A stretch of 39,711 bases of DNA. Source: a virus. Its lineage: Duplodnaviria > Caudoviricetes. The notes beneath the pieces are model-generated. The model made no database searches. It saw only the letters and a list, made by a program, of their open reading frames with translations, and was not told the DNA's origin. Numbering within the stretch: position 1 is the first letter of the stretch; each line of letters begins with the position of its first letter. Positions 9,344 to 19,324 of this stretch are shown piece after piece. The translations under genes were made by a program, and so were the position numbers. The stretch is from positions 1-39,711 of IMG/VR virus record IMGVR_UViG_3300022177_000079. One strand, 5' to 3'.

Positions 9344-9765
9344 TGGCTGTCTACTGCACACTCGCTGACGTCAAGGCCTACCTAACGACGGTCACGATTA
9401 GCTCTGCAACTACGCCGACCGAGGCACAGACAAGCGACTACATAGACCTCGTTTCGGCCGAGATTAGCGGCCTACTGCGAAGCCGGCTTGTGAGTGTGCC
9501 GCCGACCGACACAGACGCGGCAGACTATCTGCGCACGATTGCTGTCTACGGCGTTGCGGCTGCTGTTCTGGCCGCGAAGTTCGGCCACGGCTCCGAGGGC
9601 GCACAAGCCGCGGATGCGCGATACCGCGATTGTCTTGCCGCCATCCGAGACGGCGCCATGGACATGTACGCCGCCATCGCCGGCATGCACTTCGGTGAGG
9701 GCTTCTCCGTCGATAGCAGCGGCGCCGCTCGTACCCCGGCAGTAACTAAGGAGACCACCTTCTGA
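9343..9765 (+). CDS. Head-tail adaptor (Mu gp36-like)
   Basis: YCTLADVKAYL N-terminus and RYRDCLAAIRDG; position. Confidence 0.75.
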   Translation: MAVYCTLADVKAYLTTVTISSATTPTEAQTSDYIDLVSAEISGLLRSRLVSVPPTDTDAADYLRTIAVYGVAAAVLAAKFGHGSEGAQAADARYRDCLAAIRDGAMDMYAAIAGMHFGEGFSVDSSGAARTPAVTKETTF

Positions 9766-10268
9766 TGGCCGGCGAGGCTATCAGATTCGACCTGCACGCC
9801 ACACCGGACACGCGCGTCCTGTCGTTCACTGCCTCGCGCATGGCCAAAAACATGGACGATATGAGCTCGCTGTTCGAGGAGTTCGACCCACTGTTCCAAG
9901 CGGCTATGGGCAGGCAGTTCGCCTCTCAGGGTGGCTACGGCGCCGGTGGCTGGGCCGCCCTCTCGCCAGCCTATCGCGCGTGGAAGGTCAAGCACGGTTT
10001 CCCGGGCACTATCGGCGTCTTGCACGGCCACCTGCGGGCTGGCATGACCGGCGGTTCCGGATACACCGTTGAGATCACGAATCGCACGGCAAGTTACGGC
10101 CTTGGTGGTGGTCCCGCTACCGAGTACGGACACTACTTTGACCGCGGTGGCAGCGGCCCAGCACGTCCGGTCATCCGCATGCCGCAAACCGAGGGTCGCG
10201 AGTGGGGCAAGGTTGCCCATAAATGGATCGCCTCGCAGGCCCGTAAGTCCGGCTGGGGCTCGCTATGA
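9765..10268 (+). CDS. Virion morphogenesis / tail completion protein (Mu gpG-like)
   Basis: QFASQG....WAALSPAY..WK and PARPVI motifs. Confidence 0.75.
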   Translation: MAGEAIRFDLHATPDTRVLSFTASRMAKNMDDMSSLFEEFDPLFQAAMGRQFASQGGYGAGGWAALSPAYRAWKVKHGFPGTIGVLHGHLRAGMTGGSGYTVEITNRTASYGLGGGPATEYGHYFDRGGSGPARPVIRMPQTEGREWGKVAHKWIASQARKSGWGSL

Positions 10269-10789
10269 GCATGCCCCTTATCGAGCGCGTCCTATCCGAG
10301 GCACTAGCTGTGCTCAAGGCGGGCATGGCGACCAAGCTAGCGGCGCTAGCCACCGAGTACGGCGATGGTGTGACACTGACGGTGCCTGACACAACTACCG
10401 GATATTGGTGTGATGTGCGACCGCCCGATCCGCAAAGAGAGGCGGACTTCGGCGTCCTCACCCAGCCTACGATCTGTCTGTGGCCCACCAATGTATCTCC
10501 GACCGCCGCCGACACCCCGGTCAACTTCGCCAACGAATACGCGCTCGAGCAATCATTTGTTGCTGCCGTCGTCGTACGCGGCGATACGCAACAGCAGTCG
10601 GGCCTCCGTCAGATGCGCTACGTGCGAGCGGTCGTCGAGCTGCTCGCCGCACAGTCATCGCTTACCTGTGGTCAGTGTCTCTACCGCGGTACCGACTGGC
10701 GGGAACGCGACCTAACCCCCGATGAGGCCAACTACACGCTGCAGGGCGTGATTTCGGCCTTTTCCGTCGTCACATTCGAGACCCCATGA
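10265..10789 (+). CDS. Putative tail terminator
   Basis: Size and position before the tail tube. Confidence 0.55.
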   Translation: MSMPLIERVLSEALAVLKAGMATKLAALATEYGDGVTLTVPDTTTGYWCDVRPPDPQREADFGVLTQPTICLWPTNVSPTAADTPVNFANEYALEQSFVAAVVVRGDTQQQSGLRQMRYVRAVVELLAAQSSLTCGQCLYRGTDWRERDLTPDEANYTLQGVISAFSVVTFETP

Positions 10790-11013
10790 AGAGGAGCACC
10801 GGCATGAAAGGCATCACTTGGCCGGCCGCCGTTGAGGAGCGCCACTTCGCCAACTTCCCCGGCGTATACGGGCCGGGCGTCGTGGTGCCCTTGAAGGACA
10901 CCGGCCTCACTGAGAAGGAGGCGCGCGAGCGAATCGCCGCCGCAAACCTGCCGCTGGAAATCGTCGATCTCAGCAAGCCGGCGGCCAAAGTCGAGAAAGG
11001 CGGTGACGCGTAA
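10786..11013 (+). CDS. Small hypothetical protein
   Basis: Coupled ORF between neck and tail tube; start may be ATG 10804. Confidence 0.55.
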   Translation: MKRSTGMKGITWPAAVEERHFANFPGVYGPGVVVPLKDTGLTEKEARERIAAANLPLEIVDLSKPAAKVEKGGDA

Positions 11014-12038
11014 TGGCGACCTCGTATCTGCGCCTTGCCGCTGAGCAAGCCCCCAACGCTGAGGGCGGGTCAAACACCGTCAGCAGCGTCACATTCGATA
11101 TCCCGGTTCGCTCGCTTTCATACGAGCCAGAGCCAACACTGCTGGATGTCTCCGATGAGCTGCGCGGTTATACGGCCGAGGCGCCTCACAAGGGCGTTGC
11201 TAGCTACAGTCCGTCGGCCTCATTCAAAACTCGTGTCTATCCGGGCATCCTTGGCGCCCTGCTGCTCGGCGCCACCGGCGGCGTGACGACCACGGCCGGG
11301 GATGGTGCAGACGTCAAAGACCCCGACACCGTCGCGATTCCGGTCGGCGCGCACAGACACGTCTATGCGTGGGCAACCGGGTCCATTCCGCAGACATTCC
11401 AAGCCTACGGGGCGCCGCCGGTCGGGCTGTTCTACAAATCGCAGGGTATGGGGATAGACACGCTCGCTTTCGCAGTTGAGGACGGCTGCTGGCAGGCTGA
11501 TGTAAATACCAAGATGCTCTACACGGGCATCGTCTCCGACCCGTCCATTACCCCAGCCGTAGAGACCACTGTGCCGTTTGTCGCTGGGACGATGACGCTT
11601 TCCTGGTTGAGCGGGTCGGCTGTCACTAAGGAGTTCAGCTGGCAGGTTGAGAATACGCTGCTGACCGAGCGGCAGTTCACAACCGCCTCGAAGTTCCCCG
11701 ATTCAATCATCATCGACAAGTCGTACCAGCGGCTAGTCGGCAGCATTACCAAGGTCGCCGTGGACGCCGACGACTGGAACGCGTTTATCAACGGGACGAC
11801 CTTCGCGGCCACTATCAAAATGGTACACACCCAGAAGATTGGGGCGACCGACTACTACCACTCTCTGTGGGTTGAGATGCCCGCCTGTCAGTACGTCTCG
11901 GGCAAACTTGGCGAGATCACTAACGACCGCCGCCACGAGGCAAGCTTTGAGTGGAGGGCGGCCTACGATACGTCCACGAGTAAGTGGGCGACCATCACGC
12001 TAGTAAACGGTACGTCGGCGCTCACTACTTACGCGTGA
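11013..12038 (+). CDS. Major tail (tube) protein
   Basis: 341 aa, beta-rich, upstream of chaperones and tape measure. Confidence 0.8.
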   Translation: MATSYLRLAAEQAPNAEGGSNTVSSVTFDIPVRSLSYEPEPTLLDVSDELRGYTAEAPHKGVASYSPSASFKTRVYPGILGALLLGATGGVTTTAGDGADVKDPDTVAIPVGAHRHVYAWATGSIPQTFQAYGAPPVGLFYKSQGMGIDTLAFAVEDGCWQADVNTKMLYTGIVSDPSITPAVETTVPFVAGTMTLSWLSGSAVTKEFSWQVENTLLTERQFTTASKFPDSIIIDKSYQRLVGSITKVAVDADDWNAFINGTTFAATIKMVHTQKIGATDYYHSLWVEMPACQYVSGKLGEITNDRRHEASFEWRAAYDTSTSKWATITLVNGTSALTTYA

Positions 12039-12042
12039 GCCA

Positions 12043-12456
12043 ATGGTGGAGACGGTGACATGCCCGTCTGGCCTGGTGCTCGATTTGGAGCACCCGCAGC
12101 TGCGCCGCCTGCTCTGCCATGGTGCGCTTGGCGTGCGCGAGCTCGCCGCCTCCTGTATGGATCGCGCCAGCGCACGCGCTCACGAGCTATGCGAGCAAGA
12201 CTCACTCTTCGTAGCCTCGTGGGCTGCTCGCCACCTGGACAGCACGGAGGCGCTTGTTTTCGCCAGTCTGTGTGAGACCTACGGCCAGATGCCGAGCTCG
12301 CATCTGCGCGTAACTCATCCGGTGCTGGCCTACGAGATCGACCTCGCGTTGACGGCGGCGCTTTCTGAGTACCGCGAGAAACACAAGGAGCGGTCTGGCA
12401 GTTGGATCGCCCCCGATGACCCTGTGTACGGATTTCCTCGAGAGGACGGCCAATGA
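12043..12456 (+). CDS. Tail assembly chaperone (GT-like)
   Basis: Between tube and tape measure; C-terminal YGQMPSSHL...AYEIDLA resembles T-segments of tail chaperones. Confidence 0.6.
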   Translation: MVETVTCPSGLVLDLEHPQLRRLLCHGALGVRELAASCMDRASARAHELCEQDSLFVASWAARHLDSTEALVFASLCETYGQMPSSHLRVTHPVLAYEIDLALTAALSEYREKHKERSGSWIAPDDPVYGFPREDGQ

Positions 12457-12800
12457 GCCAAAATAAGTTTGCGCCCACGAAGGCGGCGGCCTGGAACCGC
12501 GGCCCTTATGAGATCGATTTGCCCAGCGGAAACAAGGTGCTGGCGCATCGGCCGAATATCTATGTGTGGCATAAGACCGGCCAAATCCCAGATGACGTCT
12601 GGGCAACCCTGCTCGCCACGGCCAAGGGCGAAGACGTCTCGGTAGAGGCGCGCTGGGATGCCGTCAACTGGCAGATTTGCAAGTGCTCCGTAAGCCCGGA
12701 AATCTCTCTCGCGCCACGTGAGGGCGCTGTCTGCATTGACGATATCGACGACTTGGACCGGCAGGCGCTCCTTATCGAACTCGGTATCGGCCTGGGGTAA
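12453..12800 (+). CDS. Tail assembly chaperone (G-like)
   Basis: IDLPSG...RP....KTGQIP pattern; directly before the tape measure. Confidence 0.65.
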   Translation: MSQNKFAPTKAAAWNRGPYEIDLPSGNKVLAHRPNIYVWHKTGQIPDDVWATLLATAKGEDVSVEARWDAVNWQICKCSVSPEISLAPREGAVCIDDIDDLDRQALLIELGIGLG

Positions 12801-14915
12801 GTGGGCGGCTCGCTCTCACAGTCTCTGCGCCTTGTCGTTAGCGGCGACGCCAGGGGTGCGACGCGTGCACTCTCTGGCCTTGGCAGCGAGTTTCGTCGCA
12901 GCGGAGATAAGGGTGCGGCGTTCGGCGCTTTCGTCCGCCGCGGTGCCTTATCTGCGGCGATGGCGCTCGGCGCTATGGCCGCCGCCGGAGTCAAGGCATT
13001 GTATGACATTGGCGCAGCATGGGACGGCGCGTTTGACGCGATCCGCATAGGCACCGGCGCGACCGGCGCGGCACTAAAGACACTGACCGCCGATGCTAAG
13101 GCTGTGGCGATGGACACCGCCTCATCCCTCGGTGACGTTGGTGCCGTTGTCGCCTCACTCAACACGCGCTTGGGCCTGACCGGCAGACCTTTACAGGCGC
13201 TGTCTAAGCAGTTTCTGGACTTCTCCCGTTTGACTGGCGGAAACGTACAACAAGATGTGCGCCTACTCACGCGCCTCTTCGGCGATTGGGGCGTGAAGAC
13301 TAAGAACTACGGACGCACACTGGACAAGGTCTTCCGCACCCTGCAGGCATCGGATATCAGCATGTCCGACCTAACTGGCACCGTGGTCCAGTACGGATCG
13401 ACATTGCGCCAGCTTGGCTTCGATCTCGACGAGTCACTCGCCATGCTCGGCAAGTGGGAGAAGGAGGGCGTGACCGTAACCACTGCGCTTACCGGCCTGC
13501 GCTTCGCCCTCAAGACGTTCGCCAATGCTGGGCGCGACCCCAAGCAGGCATTCCGCGAAACCTTCAGCGCGATCATAAAGGCCGACAGCGCCGTGGACGC
13601 GATGACTGCCGGCATTAAGGTCTTTGGTACGCGCGCTGCGCCAGACATGGTCGCCGCCATCCGTGAGGGCCGCTTCGCCTGGGAGGACATGGAGAGGTAC
13701 ATCACCAATGGTGCCGATACGGTGAAGGCGGCGGCCGACGATACAGATGACCTAGCCGAGAGTTGGCAGAAGCTTAAGAACCGCCTCGCCGTTAAGTTCG
13801 AGCCTGCGGCCACGCGCATCTTCGATCGCATGAGCGGCGTCATGGAGCGATTCGGCGACTGGGCGTCTCGCAACGCCGACCCGATTGCTCGCAAGGTTGA
13901 AGGTATCTTCGCCGGTTTCGCCCGCTTCATGCGACAGAACGGGCCGTCCATGATATCAGCCGTCAAGACATTGTCCGGCGCTCTTGCGTGGTTTTTGCAG
14001 CACGGAGAGGCTGCTGGCGCGGCACTCGCGGCTGTCTTTGTCGTCGCCGGCGGCCCGTTGGCCAAGATCGTTGCTGGCATCACGCTCATTGAGAGCTTCC
14101 GTCGGAGCCTAGAGAAGGCAGCCGGCGTCAAAGAGCAGTCGGCACTCGACAAGATGCTCGACAAGAAGTACGCCTCGGCCTGGGCTGGGCATCTGTTCAA
14201 AGGCGGCCGAGACATGGCCCCCAACGTCGCCAAAGTCCAGGAGGCAATCCGTATTAATCCGGCGACGATCAAGTCGCTGCAGGATGCTCAGCAAGCGCTC
14301 TCTACGCTGTCTGAAACCCGCATCCGAGTCAAAGAGCTCAAGGCTAACAACATCCTCTCCGCTGCTGAGGCAAACCAGGTCCTCGCGCACATCGACAAGC
14401 TCGAATCTGGCGCACGGGATAAGTTCACCGATCTCGCGCTCTCGGCTGACCGGAAGGGTAAGGAGGGTGCACGCGCGCTCGCTCTGCCGTTCAACCGACT
14501 GCGGCTCCTCGTCCCGCCACCGAAAATCGAAGACCCCACGGGGAACGCACAGCGCGCCCGTCAATTGATGCAGACTGTGTTTACCAACAACCCGATCGTC
14601 GCGTTCATTCGCCGGATCAGCACGAGCGGTGGCGAGGGGCGCAACGCTGACGGCAGCATTATTCGTCGCCCAACGCTCACATGGGTAGCCGAGGCCGGAC
14701 ACCCCGAAGTTATCATCCCGCTTGACCCAAGCAAGAGAGGCCGTGCGCAGTCGCTGCTGCAGCAGAGCGGACTTTCGGCCCCGTCTGGCAACGTCGTCCT
14801 CAATCTCGATTTGCGCAACTCTGTCATCGCCGGCATTGACGACTTGGCAGGATACATCGGTGCTGCACTCCAAATGGCGGGCGATGCTGCATCCGCCGCG
14901 GCGGCGAGGGGATGA
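12801..14915 (+). CDS. Tape measure protein
   Basis: 704 aa, Ala-rich and helical; TP901-like core (GIKVFGTRAAPDMVAAIREG); C-terminal ADG..IRRPTL..VAEAGHPEVIIPL. Confidence 0.92.
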   Translation: MGGSLSQSLRLVVSGDARGATRALSGLGSEFRRSGDKGAAFGAFVRRGALSAAMALGAMAAAGVKALYDIGAAWDGAFDAIRIGTGATGAALKTLTADAKAVAMDTASSLGDVGAVVASLNTRLGLTGRPLQALSKQFLDFSRLTGGNVQQDVRLLTRLFGDWGVKTKNYGRTLDKVFRTLQASDISMSDLTGTVVQYGSTLRQLGFDLDESLAMLGKWEKEGVTVTTALTGLRFALKTFANAGRDPKQAFRETFSAIIKADSAVDAMTAGIKVFGTRAAPDMVAAIREGRFAWEDMERYITNGADTVKAAADDTDDLAESWQKLKNRLAVKFEPAATRIFDRMSGVMERFGDWASRNADPIARKVEGIFAGFARFMRQNGPSMISAVKTLSGALAWFLQHGEAAGAALAAVFVVAGGPLAKIVAGITLIESFRRSLEKAAGVKEQSALDKMLDKKYASAWAGHLFKGGRDMAPNVAKVQEAIRINPATIKSLQDAQQALSTLSETRIRVKELKANNILSAAEANQVLAHIDKLESGARDKFTDLALSADRKGKEGARALALPFNRLRLLVPPPKIEDPTGNAQRARQLMQTVFTNNPIVAFIRRISTSGGEGRNADGSIIRRPTLTWVAEAGHPEVIIPLDPSKRGRAQSLLQQSGLSAPSGNVVLNLDLRNSVIAGIDDLAGYIGAALQMAGDAASAAAARG

Positions 14916-14919
14916 CGGC

Positions 14920-16188
14920 ATGGAGCTAACATGGGGCAGCACCAACGTCAACGACGGCACAAAGTTTGCCCTGCGCGCCGGCGCGAGCTGGGGGCAGCGC
15001 CAGCAGGAGCAGCGCACGGTCGCCTCTCCGTTCGGCACTATGAGACAGGGCGCCAAACGGATCGTGGCGCCGCGCACCGTGAATCTCCTCTTGCGCGTCT
15101 ACGGCACATCGGCCGATGATTTGCGCGCGAACATCGCCACATTGGCTGCCGAGCATCGCAAGGCGTCCAACACGCTGACTATCAAACCGACCGGCGCCTC
15201 TACATCGCGCACGATCACTCTGCTCGATCAGATCGCGTACGGTATGCCGCCGCTGGATCCGAGATACGAGTCGCGCAAGGTCGCTGATCTTGATATCCCG
15301 TTGGTGGCAGCAGCGGATATCCTCGGCTCCGAAGTCACCCTCCTGTCCGCCTCCGCTCAGACCGCTCCCCTGGTCCTCTCTCTTGGCACGCTCACGGGCG
15401 ACTATCCCGCCCCTCTCGATTTGACCATCACCGCCAACACAACCGACATCCACTCCTGTTTTGTCGGCGCCCTGAAATCCGCCTCCGCGCTAGAGATCGG
15501 CGACTTGCGCAAGGAGGCTCCGGTTGCGGGTGCGTCTTGGTCTGGGGCCGCTGATGAGGATATCTCCGACGCCAAATACACCGGCGGGCATGCAATCGGC
15601 ATCCAGTCCGCCACCGAGTCCACCGCCGTGCTGTTTGACTCGACCGCCATCCGCGCCCTTGACGCTGGATCGTATGTGCCTCTGCCGCGTGTCGCTGCCA
15701 TCTCCGCGAGCTACGCCGCGACCATCCGCCTGTTCTCCCTGATCGGCTCGACCGACACCACGCTCCAGACGATCACCACGACGAGCACCGTACCGGAGTA
15801 CCGCGACCTCTCGCCGATCCACATCCCGTTTGCCGCCACTCTCTCCGCGACTCCCACGGTAGCCCTTGGCGCTGGCGTTGCAGCAGCCGATGCCACCGAC
15901 GGTCACGAGGCCGTGCTTGATAACGTGACCCTGCTGCCCGCCTCCTGGTCGTGGGTCGGTGTGCATCCCAGCGCCGCCGCCACCGACTACACCACCATCC
16001 GGTTCACCGGCGATGGCAAGGTCTATCTCGACGAGCGCGAGGACTACAGCGCCGTCGTCTCCGCTGGCCCGCTCATTGCCGAGCCCGGCGCGGTCAAGGT
16101 CTTGATTGTCGCTGAGACAGTCGCGGCGGCTGCCTCGGCTGCGGTCAAGGTCACGGCCAAGTTCACCCCTCGCTACCACTCCGTCTAG
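14920..16188 (+). CDS. Distal tail (Dit-like) protein with inserted domain (true start ATG 14920)
   Basis: Follows the tape measure; PRTVNLLLRVYG and terminal VTAKFTPRY. Confidence 0.7.
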   Translation: MELTWGSTNVNDGTKFALRAGASWGQRQQEQRTVASPFGTMRQGAKRIVAPRTVNLLLRVYGTSADDLRANIATLAAEHRKASNTLTIKPTGASTSRTITLLDQIAYGMPPLDPRYESRKVADLDIPLVAAADILGSEVTLLSASAQTAPLVLSLGTLTGDYPAPLDLTITANTTDIHSCFVGALKSASALEIGDLRKEAPVAGASWSGAADEDISDAKYTGGHAIGIQSATESTAVLFDSTAIRALDAGSYVPLPRVAAISASYAATIRLFSLIGSTDTTLQTITTTSTVPEYRDLSPIHIPFAATLSATPTVALGAGVAAADATDGHEAVLDNVTLLPASWSWVGVHPSAAATDYTTIRFTGDGKVYLDEREDYSAVVSAGPLIAEPGAVKVLIVAETVAAAASAAVKVTAKFTPRYHSV

Positions 16189-19041
16189 ATGCAGCCCTCG
16201 GTCACATCCGGCGCGCTGATTGAGTTCCACGCCGCCCGCGCGGAGGGCGGGCACTCTCCCGGTATCAACTCACCGCTGACAACCTCGTGGCGGGATACGT
16301 CGGGCAACGCACTTGCGGGCACGCTGACCAACTTTACTGGCACGCCGTGGGCGGGTACGGGTACGGCGACCGATCCGCACCGGCTGGCCTTCGACGCGAG
16401 CAAGAGCCAGTACCTGGTTCTGCCCGACCTCTCGGCCGCTGAAGATAAGGCGTTTACGTACGAGGCAATCGTCATCCCGAGTTCCGTTCCGGCCAACATG
16501 GCGGTCATGGGTGAGTGCGAGGCGAGCGACACCGGGGATTTGATCGACTTGCGCTTCGTCGGCTCGGGTGGCGTGGGCACGGGGATCGTCGGCCGCCTGT
16601 ATGACGGCAGCGCGGAGAAGTCGTGCACCAAGGCGATGACTTGGACCACCGGCACGCGCTATCACGTCATCTTCGCCTGCGACGGCTCAGACATACGCCT
16701 CTACCTCGACGGCGCGCTTGTCGCCGGTCCGACGAGCATAGCCGGGCTAGGTGCGTTGGACCTCTCAAAGACGCGCATCGGGTGCTTGGAGCGCAACGCA
16801 TGGCGGGGCTTCTTCTTCGCCGGCTCCATCGTCCTCGCCCGCATCTACCCCTTTGGATTCTCAACCGATCAAGTTGCCGCCAACACCGCCGCCGGGGTGA
16901 CCTGGCCCGCCAGCACATCATCCCCGGCGCTGCTGCGGACCCTTGTCGCGGGCGGGCAGAACATCACCGATTTGGTCGATTGGGACACGCTCGACTGCTC
17001 CTCCTCCATCCACTTCTCAGCCTCGCTCTCGGTCGATTTGCCGCTGCAAAGTCAATGGGAGCCGCTGCCGCATGGCGTCGTTGAGGGCGCTGACTTGTCC
17101 TACTACGTCAACGGCTCCAGACCGTGGACTGGCACAGTTGCCCGTCTAACCCGCAGTGGACCGGCCGATCCCGTCGTCACTATCGAGGGGCGCGGATATT
17201 GGGCCGAGTGCTCCGACCGCGACGATGTGGTCAAGGGGTTTGTCGAGTCGCGCGGAGAGAAGATCATCGAGTGCGGCCTGGATAAGCTCTCCACCGCAAT
17301 CACATCACTAAACGACAACGTGACTCTGGACACTGAGGGGCAGTTCTTTGTTTGCCTGCCCAACGGCGGCGTCGCAAAATCTCTCACCGGCAAACAGTGT
17401 GCCTACCACGTGTTGGACGGCCTTGACCCCAGCGCGAACATTGAGCGTGTCGTCTACGATCTTGGCGCATACCTCGGCAGCTATCACAGTCTAGACGTTG
17501 ACGTGCGCGCGGGGTTCGGCTCAGCAGTCGGGGCGGCCGATATTGTCTCGCTGGACTCTTACTCTACAGGCGCACAGTCGGTCAAGCGGGATTGGACTAC
17601 CGCAGACGCCACGGTAAGACAGGTCTTCGCCGTCGCTTTGTACGCCAAGTCGGGCACGGATACTACGGTCATCAAAGATAACTTCGCGCAGTTCCGCGGC
17701 CTACATCTATTCATCGACCGGACAACGTATCCCACGATACCGAGCGCGATCTACGAGGCGCTGAACGGCCTTGGCATCGCGACCTCGCTTGAGTCCTCCG
17801 GCACGTGGCCTGAGCTTACGCAACTCATGTGGGATGAGCCGGGTACGGTAGAGGGACATATCAGCGCGACGCTCGGCCTCTCCAATACGCCGATCCTCTG
17901 CGGTATCGACGCCGACCGCGTGCTGCGAATCAAGCCGCGTCCGACCGCCCCCGATGGTACCTCGCGCCACTTCGTTGTCTCCTCCGCCTTGCAGCCCGGC
18001 ATGTCGTGGGGCGTGCAGTTCGACGCCGAAGTCGCCAAGACGCATGTGGCCTGCATTTATGGATTGATCCCCGAAAACAGTGTCGCCCAACCGACGCCGA
18101 CAAGCACGGATTGGACCTCGGAGTGGTCGCGCTCCAGCACCACCAACTGCAACGTCTATGATGACGGTACCAACTATTGGTTCCGCATCCTCAACGACGC
18201 GACGGCACGTAACTGTGTTGCCGAGTACTTGCCCCCGGACGGCAGCGGCCACGGTATCCCCGTCACGCCGGGCACGCGTTATTTGGCGCGAGCGAGGGCG
18301 CGGACAGGTGGCAGCTATACCGACGGCGCGGGCCGTGTCTACCTGCGCTGGTACACGTCGGCCGATGCGTATATCTCGACCGTAGTCCTCAAGGAGTTCG
18401 TCGCGCTTAACACGACGGTGGAGTCCTATGAGGCCCGCGTCGTCGCCCCCGCCACGGCCGCCTATGCCCGCTGCTACATGGGTTGGCTCGGCAACACGAC
18501 CGGCACGACCTCCATCCTGGTGCGCGACTGGGAGTTTCGCGAGATCACGCCTGAAGGCACGCCACAAATCGTCTACTACCCCTCCGACCCTGGCGCCACC
18601 AACGCCAAAGTCGGCCTGGTCAATGTCGAGCGCGCAAAGGCCTACGAGGCCCTAAGCATCGCGCAGACCGCGCACACGCTCTGGAGTGAGCCCTACGAAG
18701 GCCCCGTCTCCGGCCTAGTCGGTGAGGTCGTCACCGTTGAGGGCGCACGCGTGCCGGTCGAGGAGATCCGGCCCTGGGATTGGATCACCAATCTGGACGC
18801 TCCCACTGGCTACCGTGGTCCCCACCTTATCACCGCCGTCCACGAGGCCGGTGGCGAAGTGGACATCCACTGCGGTGGCGACATCGCTTTCCACTACGAG
18901 CGCGAAATCGTGGCCAAGCGCGGCCCATATCTTGGCGGCTATCGCAAGTGGATCAAGCCCGCCTATCGCCGTATCAAGGGCGGCGCACGCAAGCTCATCC
19001 GCAAGGGGCGCTTCGTCAACGTCGAAGGGCGCTACATATGA
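16189..19041 (+). CDS. Tail tip / baseplate hub protein with N-terminal LamG-like and internal carbohydrate-binding-like domains
   Basis: RYHVIFACDGSDIRLYLDG...FFAGSIVLARIY (LamG-like); IPVTPGTRYLARAR...LRWYT...VAPATAAYAR (CBM-like). Confidence 0.78.
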   Translation: MQPSVTSGALIEFHAARAEGGHSPGINSPLTTSWRDTSGNALAGTLTNFTGTPWAGTGTATDPHRLAFDASKSQYLVLPDLSAAEDKAFTYEAIVIPSSVPANMAVMGECEASDTGDLIDLRFVGSGGVGTGIVGRLYDGSAEKSCTKAMTWTTGTRYHVIFACDGSDIRLYLDGALVAGPTSIAGLGALDLSKTRIGCLERNAWRGFFFAGSIVLARIYPFGFSTDQVAANTAAGVTWPASTSSPALLRTLVAGGQNITDLVDWDTLDCSSSIHFSASLSVDLPLQSQWEPLPHGVVEGADLSYYVNGSRPWTGTVARLTRSGPADPVVTIEGRGYWAECSDRDDVVKGFVESRGEKIIECGLDKLSTAITSLNDNVTLDTEGQFFVCLPNGGVAKSLTGKQCAYHVLDGLDPSANIERVVYDLGAYLGSYHSLDVDVRAGFGSAVGAADIVSLDSYSTGAQSVKRDWTTADATVRQVFAVALYAKSGTDTTVIKDNFAQFRGLHLFIDRTTYPTIPSAIYEALNGLGIATSLESSGTWPELTQLMWDEPGTVEGHISATLGLSNTPILCGIDADRVLRIKPRPTAPDGTSRHFVVSSALQPGMSWGVQFDAEVAKTHVACIYGLIPENSVAQPTPTSTDWTSEWSRSSTTNCNVYDDGTNYWFRILNDATARNCVAEYLPPDGSGHGIPVTPGTRYLARARARTGGSYTDGAGRVYLRWYTSADAYISTVVLKEFVALNTTVESYEARVVAPATAAYARCYMGWLGNTTGTTSILVRDWEFREITPEGTPQIVYYPSDPGATNAKVGLVNVERAKAYEALSIAQTAHTLWSEPYEGPVSGLVGEVVTVEGARVPVEEIRPWDWITNLDAPTGYRGPHLITAVHEAGGEVDIHCGGDIAFHYEREIVAKRGPYLGGYRKWIKPAYRRIKGGARKLIRKGRFVNVEGRYI

Positions 19042-19310
19042 CCGCCGACGAGCGCCGCCGCATTGACGAGCTGATCACCCAGATCGCCGACTGGCGCGTG
19101 GAGATGAAAGACGACCTGATTGAGGCCGTCAACCAGCACCAGGACCACTGCCTGACCGAGCATCTGCGGCCGATGAAGGCCGCCCTTGACACCCTCGTCG
19201 CCGACTCGCGCGCGCGTCACCACGCATGGCGACGGGTGCAGCTTATCGCGGGCAGCGTCATCGCCATCGGCAGCGGGATCGCCACGCCGATCATCCTGCA
19301 TTACTTCTAA
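19038..19310 (+). CDS. Coiled-coil protein with C-terminal transmembrane helix, lysis-associated (true start ATG 19038)
   Basis: Hydrophobic C-terminus LIAGSVIAIGSGIATPIILHYF; immediately before the endolysin. Confidence 0.65.
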   Translation: MTADERRRIDELITQIADWRVEMKDDLIEAVNQHQDHCLTEHLRPMKAALDTLVADSRARHHAWRRVQLIAGSVIAIGSGIATPIILHYF

Positions 19311-19324
19311 GGAGGTTAGCGCAT

